From: Candidatus Heimdallarchaeota archaeon | GTDB lineage: Archaea; Asgardarchaeota; Heimdallarchaeia; Heimdallarchaeales; Kariarchaeaceae | DNA length: 32,000 nt | Direction: 5' to 3' | NCBI GenBank assembly: GCA_030149205.1 | Contig: JASBSB010000007.1 | Location: 120,001 to 152,000 of the forward strand | Shown here: in pieces, positions 8,312-17,165 of the stretch | How the letters are laid out: each line of letters begins with the position of its first letter | Position numbering within the stretch: the first letter of the stretch is position 1 | Position numbers and translations under genes: made by a program | The notes under the pieces: model-generated | What the model saw: the letters and a program-made list of their open reading frames with translations, nothing else | The model's database searches: none | Told to the model about the DNA's origin: nothing

Positions 8312-9754
8312 ATGATTACAGTAAGAGTGGAATCGATATACGGAGTTGCACTTTCTAAAATTCTACTTGATAGTAAGGAAGACATAGTTCTTTCTTCACC
8401 AAATGAAGAGATTCAAAGCTCGTTGAATATAGAAAACAAAGTAGGGATACTTGATGTCCATATTAATGATACGGAAGATAGGAGAGGAATTAATTTAAAG
8501 GGCAACTCAGAAAGTGTTGATCTAGTTTCGTCAATTATTAGAGATGAATTGTATGATACAATTAAATTTTCCCATGAGGAGCAGCAAGATGCAATTTATA
8601 TTTCCCGTGTGAAGAATGTGCTAAAGAGAAAAAACACAGGGTTTTTAGATCTAGGTGAGGGGAAGACAGGAATCATCTTTGAAAGTAATCTCATGGATGG
8701 TGAGGATTTAATCGTACAAATTAAGGAGCTACCTATTGAAGAGGGGAGATATCCTGTATGTTCTCAGAACATAAATTTGACAGGGAAATTTGTGATTCTT
8801 GAAAAAAGTGAGGAGGCACCATTTGTAAGAGTTAGCAAAAAGATACAAGGAGAGCTTCGTGATAGAATTCACAGTCTTGGGAAAGAGTTAGTTCCGGATG
8901 GATTTGGTATTATTATGCGAACTTCTGCTGTCGATGTCTCTAAAGAGAAGATTGAAGAGGAGATAATGGATTTAAAGAAATTATGGCAGAGGGTCGAGAA
9001 GGCTAAGGAAAAGGACAGATTGGGAAAAGTTCATACTGGAGAAAAATTGGTTACCTTCCATTTTAATTATAACACCAAAGTAAAATTAGATAAAATTAGA
9101 AAGGTAATTGAACCAATTATAGATAATTACCATGTGTACCGATCTTATTCATATGCTACAGGATTTTCAGCAAATTTAGCGAATAAGTTCTTAGACAAGG
9201 TTTCTGCATCTAATTTTTCGGATGTGATGAAGAAAATGATCCTTCAATCAGACTATCGAGAGAATCATGTTATTAAATTAAATGTCTTAGGTTTAGACGG
9301 GACAAATAATGAGGTTTATCTTGGAAATCTTAAAGACGTTTCTGATCATTTTATGATCCAAAAGAGCTTGGATCAAAAAAGTGCAGAGTCCACAGAAACA
9401 AATTTCATACTTTACCCAGGTGATTATATTGAAACCCATTTGGATGAGGGAAGCTGGACAATTCACTACAGGTATTTCTCGGGTGAGGACAAAAGTTTAA
9501 TCGGTGAACGTATTCAGTTAGTCACCCCCATTGAGCTAAGTTTTAGAGGTAAGTTTTCAACAGTAAGTCTCGGAATTAATATTTATAAGGATGCTAAAAC
9601 CAAAGAAATTGATCTTTTAACAGATGATGATGCAGGTGAAGATCTTTTAGAAAAAGAAATAATTTCGAGTAATTTAGATATGAAACTGGGAGAGACTATT
9701 GAGGATATAATAAAGACCTTTCAATCCTCAGAGGATTTAATTATTCGAAAGTAG
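8312..9754 (+). CDS. fau-1: FAU-1 (RNA-binding protein AU-1; RNase E/G-like S1 region plus DUF402)
   Basis: N-terminal VRVESIYGVALSKIL, RNase G-like VQIKE...GFGIIMRTSA, C-terminal TPIEL. Confidence 0.75.
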   Translation: MITVRVESIYGVALSKILLDSKEDIVLSSPNEEIQSSLNIENKVGILDVHINDTEDRRGINLKGNSESVDLVSSIIRDELYDTIKFSHEEQQDAIYISRVKNVLKRKNTGFLDLGEGKTGIIFESNLMDGEDLIVQIKELPIEEGRYPVCSQNINLTGKFVILEKSEEAPFVRVSKKIQGELRDRIHSLGKELVPDGFGIIMRTSAVDVSKEKIEEEIMDLKKLWQRVEKAKEKDRLGKVHTGEKLVTFHFNYNTKVKLDKIRKVIEPIIDNYHVYRSYSYATGFSANLANKFLDKVSASNFSDVMKKMILQSDYRENHVIKLNVLGLDGTNNEVYLGNLKDVSDHFMIQKSLDQKSAESTETNFILYPGDYIETHLDEGSWTIHYRYFSGEDKSLIGERIQLVTPIELSFRGKFSTVSLGINIYKDAKTKEIDLLTDDDAGEDLLEKEIISSNLDMKLGETIEDIIKTFQSSEDLIIRK

Positions 9755-9760
9755 ATTTTA

Positions 9761-10057
9761 ATGGTATCAGATATAGATAGAGCATTAAATTTAGTAAAAG
9801 AAAATAGGGTAGTTAAAATTCGCTTTCATGAATCACATTATCTAGTCAGAGGTAAAACTTCAGAGTACCTTGTTGTAAACAGAAACTTTTGTACTTGTGA
9901 GCATTTTCTGACAAGGTGCTTGCAACAACCTGGAATAATTTGTTATCACATACTCGCCACTACATTGGTTGATGAAGAATCCCTGAAACAAGTTGTAAAA
10001 TCAGACGATGAAATCTACGCGTACCTGACATCCCCTCCAAAACGCGAAAATTTATAG
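9761..10057 (+). CDS. SWIM zinc-finger protein
   Basis: CTCEHF...CYHILA (CxC-Xn-CxH). Confidence 0.8.
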   Translation: MVSDIDRALNLVKENRVVKIRFHESHYLVRGKTSEYLVVNRNFCTCEHFLTRCLQQPGIICYHILATTLVDEESLKQVVKSDDEIYAYLTSPPKRENL

Positions 10058-10104
10058 AACATATAGGAATGGTTTATTATAAGATTGCTCTTTATCAATT
10101 TAGA

Positions 10105-10686
10105 ATGACAGAAAATTTCAGGAGCAAGAGATATGTGTTTCCTGCAGATCCCATGTGTGTTGAGGAGGAGTATTTACCAAGTGAGGGTACATATCTGGAA
10201 GGTCACACAGTCAAAGCAGCAATATTTGGAGAACCATTTTTGGATAGACAAAGATATAAAGCAAAGGTGTTTCCAAAGTCTCATAAGATAGTAAGACCTG
10301 TTAAAGGAGACTTGGTTATTGGAATTGTCAAACGAGTTGGAAAGATCTCTCTTAGTATTGAAATCCATTTTATTGGAGAGAAGGAGTCTTTTCCACCATA
10401 TACCGCTGTAATGCACATTAGTAATGCTTCACAAGATTTTATGGAAGACATGAATGAATATTTTGCTGTGGGAGATATTGTTCGAGCTAAGGTTATTGAT
10501 AGTAAGACAATTCCATTGCAATTAATGACAAAAAGTAAATCGACTGGTTCGATTTATTCCCTATGTAATCTGTGTGGAGAACCTGGTAAGAAGATTAAAA
10601 GAGACACTCTGATTTGTACTGGTTGTGAACATAAATTCACCAGAAAGACAGCAATTGACTATGGAAGAGGCGTTCTAACGGAGTAG
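10105..10686 (+). CDS. csl4: exosome RNA-binding subunit Csl4
   Basis: S1 domain (GDIVRAKVI) and C-terminal Zn ribbon CNLC...CTGC...RK. ATG 10105 preferred. Confidence 0.92.
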   Translation: MTENFRSKRYVFPADPMCVEEEYLPSEGTYLEGHTVKAAIFGEPFLDRQRYKAKVFPKSHKIVRPVKGDLVIGIVKRVGKISLSIEIHFIGEKESFPPYTAVMHISNASQDFMEDMNEYFAVGDIVRAKVIDSKTIPLQLMTKSKSTGSIYSLCNLCGEPGKKIKRDTLICTGCEHKFTRKTAIDYGRGVLTE

Positions 10687-10732
10687 ATTGACTCTAAATA
10701 GAATTATAATTTTAAATTACCTTAGTTCCGCT

Positions 10733-10746
10733 CCAAAATCTTTAAG
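10733..10746 (+). promoter_or_regulatory. putative BRE-TATA promoter of tRNA-Val
   Basis: CCAAAATCTTTAAG upstream of the tRNA. Confidence 0.4.
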
Positions 10747-10788
10747 TTTAGTTATATTTTATTAAATTTGCTCTTCACGGAGTTACAA

Positions 10789-10874
10789 GGGTGCATAGTT
10801 TAGTGGCTATAACGCTGCCTTGACGAGTTGTCTCAAAATGGCAGAGGTCGGCGGTTCGAGTCCGCCTGCACCCA
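10789..10874 (+). tRNA. tRNA-Val(GAC) with 13-nt intron at 37/38 (10826-10838)
   Basis: Acceptor GGGTGCA/TGCACCC, anticodon stem CTGCC/GGCAG, T arm GGCGG-TTCGAGT-CCGCC. BHB core TTGA/TCAA. Confidence 0.92.
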
Positions 10875-10943
10875 TTTGATTGATTTTACGAATAAGATTG
10901 CTATGAGCAATAAATTTAAAATCCCCGAATTTTAATTACCTTA

Positions 10944-11255
10944 ATGAGTTTTACTTCAGAAGAAGAACAATGGCAGAATATCCTAACAGAAATGGTTCTA
11001 ACTGCATACCAAGATGGGGTCATTACTGAGGAGGAGAAAGCTATATTAGCCGAGCTTCAAAAAGAGCTAAAGAACTACGAAAATAAAAACACAGAATTGA
11101 ACCTTAACTTAAATCAGGAAGAAACTGACTCAGATTTTAAAAAAAGGGTTCTAAAAAACATATACGAGGTCTCCTCTAAAGATTTCAATATTTCAAGGGA
11201 TGAGAGAGCATTAATTAATAAATTAATTAAAATGTTGATACCACGCAAGAACTAA
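10944..11255 (+). CDS. small acidic helical protein, paralogue of 3397-3729
   Basis: AYQDGVITEEE and SSKDFNISRDE motifs. Confidence 0.6.
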   Translation: MSFTSEEEQWQNILTEMVLTAYQDGVITEEEKAILAELQKELKNYENKNTELNLNLNQEETDSDFKKRVLKNIYEVSSKDFNISRDERALINKLIKMLIPRKN

Positions 11256-11292
11256 AAAAATTATATACCTGATTAATATAATTATTTATGCA

Positions 11293-11976
11293 ATGTCTTC
11301 ATTTATATTTTATAATGTTAAAAAGGATGGTGAGTTTGAACCTGTAGATCATAAAAAAAGTGCGTTCAATGCACGTAGAACTATAGTAGTGCAAGATCCC
11401 TTTGACAAAACAATTTGGGTTGTAGATGGAACCAGCTCAAGTAAAGCTGTAAAGGAGCAAGCTAGACTTAGAGCAAAAGAATTGAATGCAGAATTGGCTT
11501 TTCAATTCCAGATAAACGAAGTTGATAAGAAAAAGAAAAACAAGTTAATTGAAGAGCTTTTAGAGAAAAGTGCCTTGGAACCTCCAAAAATAGAGTTTAT
11601 TCAACCTTCGAAGAAAAAATCTAAGGAGATGAATAAAAATAACCAGAAGGAACAACTGCCAAATACTATTAAAGAAATGATTTCAAGAGATATCCCAAAG
11701 GTGAGTTCAAAAATAAACAAGTCTTCCTCCTCTGTTTTACCTAGGGGAGATCTTGACGAGAGCAAGAAGGGGCCAATGATTCAAGAATTCCAAATCGCGT
11801 ATATTGATGATGATGGAGAACAGGTTACAAAAAAGGCAATCACCACATTTACCCCAATTATAAAGTTTGTACAATCACTTGAAGAATTACAAAGAAAGAA
11901 TGCAACACAAGATCAAGCAAAAAATATCCTCTCAGATGTACTAAATGAAATTGTCCTCACTTACTTTTTAGAGTAG
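11293..11976 (+). CDS. putative gelsolin-like domain protein with low-complexity linker and C-terminal helical region
   Basis: N-terminal ~80 aa FNARRTIVVQDPFDKTIWVVDGTSSSKAVKEQARLRAKEL resembles the gelsolin-repeat consensus (manual pattern only). Confidence 0.45.
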   Translation: MSSFIFYNVKKDGEFEPVDHKKSAFNARRTIVVQDPFDKTIWVVDGTSSSKAVKEQARLRAKELNAELAFQFQINEVDKKKKNKLIEELLEKSALEPPKIEFIQPSKKKSKEMNKNNQKEQLPNTIKEMISRDIPKVSSKINKSSSSVLPRGDLDESKKGPMIQEFQIAYIDDDGEQVTKKAITTFTPIIKFVQSLEELQRKNATQDQAKNILSDVLNEIVLTYFLE

Positions 11977-12970
11977 AGAGCTTTTTCTTCAATTTATTAA
12001 TTGAAATTATGGCATAAGGGTCTATATTTTGTAACTTTGCTGCAGTAACAGAAACATAATCTAAGTAAAGTGTAAGAGTCAGGAGTTCTAGCAGGTACTC
12101 ATCGGACTTAACTTGGAAATGTTCTGTTTGATGCAACGTTGATAGAAATTGAAGGTGTTCAACTGTTCTATCATAATCAAAATTTGATTCTATTAAAAGT
12201 AAGGTGATTTTTTCATTGAGGTTTCCATCAAACCCAACAATCCCATTATGGCTGAATTCAGGGCTGTAAAAGTTTGTTACATGAAGTTTTGCGTTTTCAT
12301 TCAACTGACATTTAAATCTATATCCAACCGAACTCAAATGGTGAGAGGATAAGATCCAAGTTGGCTTGTCTATAATTTTCTCAGCAAGTTTGGAAAGAGA
12401 ATCCACGAACTCTGTGTCTAATAGGTTTTTGTTACGAGTTTTAAACTCTTTAAACAATAAATCAATATTTATTGGAAGATTAAGAGAGTTAAATGATAGT
12501 CCCAATAATGTTCCAAAAAGGATTGGAAATGCTGCTCTTGGTTGTAATCCACTGGGTACCAAAAAAAGGGGGAGTTGATTCTCAGTTGCAATTTCCTTTA
12601 ATTTCCCACCGGACGTAATGATTATTGGTATTAAACCGCGTGAAAGCAGAGTTTTTGTTGTATTAATTGTTTCTTCTGTATTACCAGAATAACTAATGAC
12701 AACAGTACTCCAGGTTTTAGATACAAATTTGGGTGGATGATAATCCTTGGACACCATAACTATCTTATCAGTATAGTATTCTACTACCGACTTAAAATAG
12801 TCTCCAGATATGCCAGATCCGCCCATCCCTGCAACCATAATTTGATTAAGTAGAGATTGAGGATTTTTGTTGGAAATAAGAAAACTTTCTTTAAATTCAT
12901 GAGCAAAGTTATGTAGAAGGGATAGGTATTGATTTGCATTCTCAGTTGCGAGGCTCACAACCTTAACCAA
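11957..12970 (-). CDS. bifunctional phosphoglucose/phosphomannose isomerase (SIS family)
   Basis: GMGGSGISGD, ISYSGNTEET, QLNENAK, PEFSHN. Confidence 0.9.
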   Translation of the reverse strand: MVKVVSLATENANQYLSLLHNFAHEFKESFLISNKNPQSLLNQIMVAGMGGSGISGDYFKSVVEYYTDKIVMVSKDYHPPKFVSKTWSTVVISYSGNTEETINTTKTLLSRGLIPIIITSGGKLKEIATENQLPLFLVPSGLQPRAAFPILFGTLLGLSFNSLNLPINIDLLFKEFKTRNKNLLDTEFVDSLSKLAEKIIDKPTWILSSHHLSSVGYRFKCQLNENAKLHVTNFYSPEFSHNGIVGFDGNLNEKITLLLIESNFDYDRTVEHLQFLSTLHQTEHFQVKSDEYLLELLTLTLYLDYVSVTAAKLQNIDPYAIISINKLKKKLSTLKSK

Positions 12971-13106
12971 TAAAATTTATTTAATAGGTTTGGTAAAAAT
13001 ACATGAAAATTTGAGATTAAGAGAATTTACATTTTTAATGTCGCTCCTACCACGAAAAAATGAAAAGATTTAATTTACTTCTTTTGAATTTAACTTATCC
13101 CAAATT

Positions 13107-13239
13107 AGCGAGATATCGAAGTGGCCAAACGAGATGGACTCAAGAAGGTGAGAATACGCTTCTCACAAGTTTAGGCATCCATTCCCGAAGGGGTTCGGGG
13201 GTTCGAATTACAAAATGTACGAAATTCCCCCTCTCGCTA
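13107..13239 (+). tRNA. tRNA-Leu(CAA) with two introns: 37/38 (13145-13176) and 59/60 (13208-13225)
   Basis: Acceptor AGCGAGA/TCTCGCT with A73, ATGGA-CTCAAG|A-TCCAT, long variable arm CCC-GAAG-GGG, T stem GGGGG/CCCCC. BHB core TTCG/CGAA. Confidence 0.88.
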
Positions 13240-13252
13240 TTTATTTTTGTAC

Positions 13253-14269
13253 CTACCTTGTTTTACTTAATATATTCATTAATACCCGTGGAACATCTTC
13301 ATGGCTGCTTACTGGAGCGTACCGACCACCGGTTTTCCTAGCCATGTCTTTACATAATCTTTGTCCCCACTCATACTTTGAGGGTAATCCTAATATGTGA
13401 AGCTTTGAAAATCTATGAAGTTGCTTCCTTGGGTCTCCACCTTTGTTGAACACTCCATCGGTGACCAAGATCGCAAATTTGTTTCGATCAGTCATTTTCG
13501 CCAACTCAATACCCCCAAGCTCTAGGGCTTCTGCAATGTTAGTATACCCTGCACTTTCTGCATCTAATATACGATCTACCAATGAGTTGATATCAATTTT
13601 TTCATCAACTCTTTTAATCAGATAAGGTTTGGTATTAAAGAGGATTACTGCATATCTATCATGGGCAAGGTGATAAGCCATCACAGCAACAGCCAAAGCA
13701 GCAGTCGTGAATTTTTCACCATATAGAGAGCCAGAAGTATCAAAAATTAGCACCCCAGATTTAGTTTTTTCCTTCCTCTCCATGGCTACTATTGTTTCAT
13801 AGGTAAGATATCCAGTTTCCATAAAATTCTCTAGTGTTAACTCATCATCGAACTCATCTACGTCTGGGGAATATTCTGTTTGTACCCAAACATTTCCTCT
13901 TAAACCTCTCCCTAGTATTCCTTGGGATACCTTAATAATGCTTCGCCTTGCAAGTCTTCTAAAAATTGGTTTAGTTCTTTCACTCAGATAGCCTCTGAGC
14001 ATGAAAAAAAGGTTTGGTGCTGTGTTATCACCAGAAGCTGCTCTTCTAGTTAGTAACTGTAATCCCTGTGAATTAGAAAGAGCGTCTGCCACAGAGTTTG
14101 GATTCGACAAAGCCAAGCCTTTGATTGCAGGGATGTTATCAACCTCTATAGCTGTGTCTGTCTTCTCTTTAATTGTCATGAAATCCATACCCTTTGAGAG
14201 TTGATGAAATTTCATTGGATTTCTCCTTCCTCGTACTATTTCAGCTTCAAGTACCTTTTCTTTGCTCAT
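13253..14269 (-). CDS. von Willebrand factor A domain protein (CoxE-like MoxR partner)
   Basis: MIDAS DTSGS, T (GYTN), TDG. SD GAGGT. Confidence 0.88.
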   Translation of the reverse strand: MSKEKVLEAEIVRGRRNPMKFHQLSKGMDFMTIKEKTDTAIEVDNIPAIKGLALSNPNSVADALSNSQGLQLLTRRAASGDNTAPNLFFMLRGYLSERTKPIFRRLARRSIIKVSQGILGRGLRGNVWVQTEYSPDVDEFDDELTLENFMETGYLTYETIVAMERKEKTKSGVLIFDTSGSLYGEKFTTAALAVAVMAYHLAHDRYAVILFNTKPYLIKRVDEKIDINSLVDRILDAESAGYTNIAEALELGGIELAKMTDRNKFAILVTDGVFNKGGDPRKQLHRFSKLHILGLPSKYEWGQRLCKDMARKTGGRYAPVSSHEDVPRVLMNILSKTR

Positions 14270-14334
14270 TTTACCTCGAAATGAGGGAATGCGCCGTAGA
14301 AGCTCATCAGGAATTTCTTCATTAATTCCTTCAC

Positions 14335-15210
14335 TTATATAAAATCCTCATCGTTGAGGATTTCTAAGATGACCTCTTTTAGGACATCTTCAACGCGTCT
14401 CTCAATCCCATCTTCAACCTCAACCTTCGTTGCCAAGGCCATTACACCTGCTTCAATCCAAGATTCTTTTTTCTCTTTATCCATAAATTGAAGAATGCTG
14501 GCATAATCGATAGCACCCCTTATTGATGATCCTCTTCGTAGGTCTGGCCACTCTCTGGTCAAACGTGTGATTTTCACAGTCACCCTCACAATATCCTCAT
14601 CATCGACTCCAGATCTTACTCTGGTAATTTGTTTTTCTTCATCCTCATCTTGGTATTCTAATCTAACCCAAGCAAATCTGTCTTTTAAGGCTTCACTCAA
14701 TGGAGTGGTAGCAACAAATTCTTGAGGATTCATTGCACTTATGACATAAAAACCATCTTTAGATATCACAGAGCCAAGCTTAGGGATAATAATACTTTTT
14801 TCATCCATAGCGGAAAGTAGAACATTTTGTGTTCCTTCTGGCATTCTGTTTAATTCATTGAGGAAGAGAATTGAGCCGTTTTGCATTGCACTTACCAACG
14901 GTCCTACCACAAAAGATTCCCAACTATATCCTTTTTGCATAACCATGGGTGGGTCAAAATGCCCCACAAGTCTTGCTGCACTGTATCTCTCATCTCCATC
15001 AACCCTTTCAATATTTTGTGAAAAGTATTTTGCAATGGCATGAGCCAATGTTGTCTTCCCCACACCCACATCCCCTTCAAGAAGAAGATGTCGACCTGCT
15101 AATTTCGCAGCCAAGGATTTCCTTAGCTCAATTTCCCTACCCACAATATTGAACTGATCCTGAATTTCCTTAATCATTTCATCAATGTTAGTTGTTTCTG
15201 TGGCATTCAT
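14335..15210 (-). CDS. MoxR-family AAA+ ATPase
   Basis: Walker A GDVGVGKT, Walker B LFLNE, sensor SAMNP, EALKDRF. ATG 15210 preferred. Confidence 0.9.
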   Translation of the reverse strand: MNATETTNIDEMIKEIQDQFNIVGREIELRKSLAAKLAGRHLLLEGDVGVGKTTLAHAIAKYFSQNIERVDGDERYSAARLVGHFDPPMVMQKGYSWESFVVGPLVSAMQNGSILFLNELNRMPEGTQNVLLSAMDEKSIIIPKLGSVISKDGFYVISAMNPQEFVATTPLSEALKDRFAWVRLEYQDEDEEKQITRVRSGVDDEDIVRVTVKITRLTREWPDLRRGSSIRGAIDYASILQFMDKEKKESWIEAGVMALATKVEVEDGIERRVEDVLKEVILEILNDEDFI

Positions 15211-15323
15211 AATTTTCCCTCGTTTCTTCAACGATATGGTCTTTTATAATGCTAGAATCTCTTTTTTAAAAAAGTCAAGTTTACTAACAATAGAATCTTG
15301 AATAAAAAATCTAAATATCTTCA

Positions 15324-16334
15324 TTAACCACCAATTAGTATCATTGCACGATCTGATAATGGTGGGCGATAATTCGCAATTCGAAAATCTGGATGCTCCT
15401 TCCATTTCTTCCTTAAGGCCTCGCGAATATGACCCTCTAATTCTGGATCCAATGGGTTTAACAGGTTGGTTAAGTTAATTTCATTTGAGGAGTGCAAACA
15501 TGGCCTTAAATTTCCATCAGCTGTTATTCTCACTCTGTCACAATTTTTGCAGAAGGAATCCGTAACACTAGGAATAAAACCAATCTTTACTTTTCCATCA
15601 ACATAATACATTGTGAAAGTTTGAGAGAGGTTATCTTTTTGAATTGGAGTAAGAGCATGGGTTTGTTCTATGACTTGGAGTATTTCATTTTTTGATAAAA
15701 ATTTATCTTGAAAGTTTAAATTTCCAGAGAAAGGCATGAGTTCAATAAATCTAACCTCTAAATTTGTGCCTTCTATAAATTTGATAAACTTAGGAATTTG
15801 TCTTTCTGTGAAGTCTTTTATTGCCACAACGTTGAGCTTAATAGATTCAAATCCCAACTGCAACGCAAACAATATTCCATTCATCATTTTTTGATATTGA
15901 TTTCTTTGAGTTATATATTGAAATTCTACCGGATCAATTGCATCAATGGAAATATTGATTCGTTTGAGACCAGCATTTAACAAGTCAATACCAAATTTTT
16001 CAAGTAAAACACCATTTGTTGTCATATTTAGTTCAATATTCGGACAATAATTTGATATGAACCTCACAATTTCAGTTAAATCTGGTCTTAATGTGGGTTC
16101 ACCACCTGTGAGTCTTATTTTATTGATTCCGAAAGAGTGAAAAACCTCTACGAGTAACTTTATCTCTTCAAGAGTTATCACATCTTTTGAATGATGTTCG
16201 TAAGAATCCTCTGGCATACAATATCTACAACGAAGATTACATTTTTCAGTTATAGAAATTCTTAGTGATCTGATTTCTCTCTCAAATGAATCAGTAAGTG
16301 GTTTCCTTAAGATATGAGTACAGGTATCAGACAC
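15324..16334 (-). CDS. moaA: GTP 3',8-cyclase (radical SAM)
   Basis: CNLRCRYC, RLTGGEP, FCKNCDRVRITADG.LRPCL, terminal IGG. Confidence 0.97.
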   Translation of the reverse strand: MSDTCTHILRKPLTDSFEREIRSLRISITEKCNLRCRYCMPEDSYEHHSKDVITLEEIKLLVEVFHSFGINKIRLTGGEPTLRPDLTEIVRFISNYCPNIELNMTTNGVLLEKFGIDLLNAGLKRINISIDAIDPVEFQYITQRNQYQKMMNGILFALQLGFESIKLNVVAIKDFTERQIPKFIKFIEGTNLEVRFIELMPFSGNLNFQDKFLSKNEILQVIEQTHALTPIQKDNLSQTFTMYYVDGKVKIGFIPSVTDSFCKNCDRVRITADGNLRPCLHSSNEINLTNLLNPLDPELEGHIREALRKKWKEHPDFRIANYRPPLSDRAMILIGG

Positions 16335-16440
16335 ATGTTTCCTCCTTTTAATTCTTCATAAATCTTTTCCCTGAAGAAGAATTTTAGAAATTAATTTCAA
16401 CAAACCAATGGTTTATCACTAAAAGTTAATTTGGGGTATT

Positions 16441-16698
16441 GTGAAAGTCATTTCTTTTGGCATTATAAAAGAAATTTTTGGGAATGAAGAGCTTATAATT
16501 AATTCAGATAAAGTTTCTACTGGCCGTGATCTTGAAAATTTTCTTTTTGAGAGGTTTCCTAACTTCAAAGATCTGGTTTTAAATGAAAAAATTAGACTAA
16601 TAATTCTCCTTAATGAAGAACAAAAATCAAATTTTGATGAGTGTTCAATCAGTGAAGGTGATGAAATTCATATCTTTCCACCTTTTTCTGGGGGGTGA
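16441..16698 (+). CDS. moaD: molybdopterin synthase sulfur carrier (MoaD/ThiS, ubiquitin-like)
   Basis: 85 aa ending GDEIHIFPPFSGG. Lies within the moa cluster. Confidence 0.88.
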   Translation: MKVISFGIIKEIFGNEELIINSDKVSTGRDLENFLFERFPNFKDLVLNEKIRLIILLNEEQKSNFDECSISEGDEIHIFPPFSGG

Positions 16699-17165
16699 GA
16701 ATCCCCAATCCACTGTCCAGAATCATCTGCATATATTTCTTTTTTCCACACTGGAATTTGGTGTTTATAGACATCTATTACCTTTTCAAGTGCAACATAA
16801 CCATTATCTCTATGCCCAGATGATACATAAACATACACAATTGGACTATTGACTGGCAAGTTTCCAAATAAATGTAAGACACGTATAGAATTGAGATCGT
16901 ATTTAACACCAACCTTTGTTAATAAGTCTGTGAGAATAATGTCACCCTTTTTTTCCCAATATTCTATTACCAAACTCTTAACTCTTTTTTCTGAGAGCAG
17001 TGAAGATTCCCTTACAACCCCTATAAAACTAAAAATAGAACCAATTTTACCCTCGGTTAGTTCAATTAACCTTTGATAAATTAAATCTGTATTTATAAGT
17101 TCGCTGTGAGGAATAAAGCCCCCTAAATACAGTTTTTTGGAGTTAATGAAACTTTCAAAATCCAT
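16668..17165 (-). CDS. moaE: molybdopterin synthase catalytic subunit
   Basis: SFIGVVRE, SSGHR, KHQIPVWKKEIY. Confidence 0.92.
   Translation of the reverse strand: MDFESFINSKKLYLGGFIPHSELINTDLIYQRLIELTEGKIGSIFSFIGVVRESSLLSEKRVKSLVIEYWEKKGDIILTDLLTKVGVKYDLNSIRVLHLFGNLPVNSPIVYVYVSSGHRDNGYVALEKVIDVYKHQIPVWKKEIYADDSGQWIGDSHPPEKGGKI

Noticed and set aside
13060-13341. 93-aa ORF in the track
   Set aside because: It overlaps tRNA-Leu(CAA) and the vWA 3' end, and has no protein motifs.
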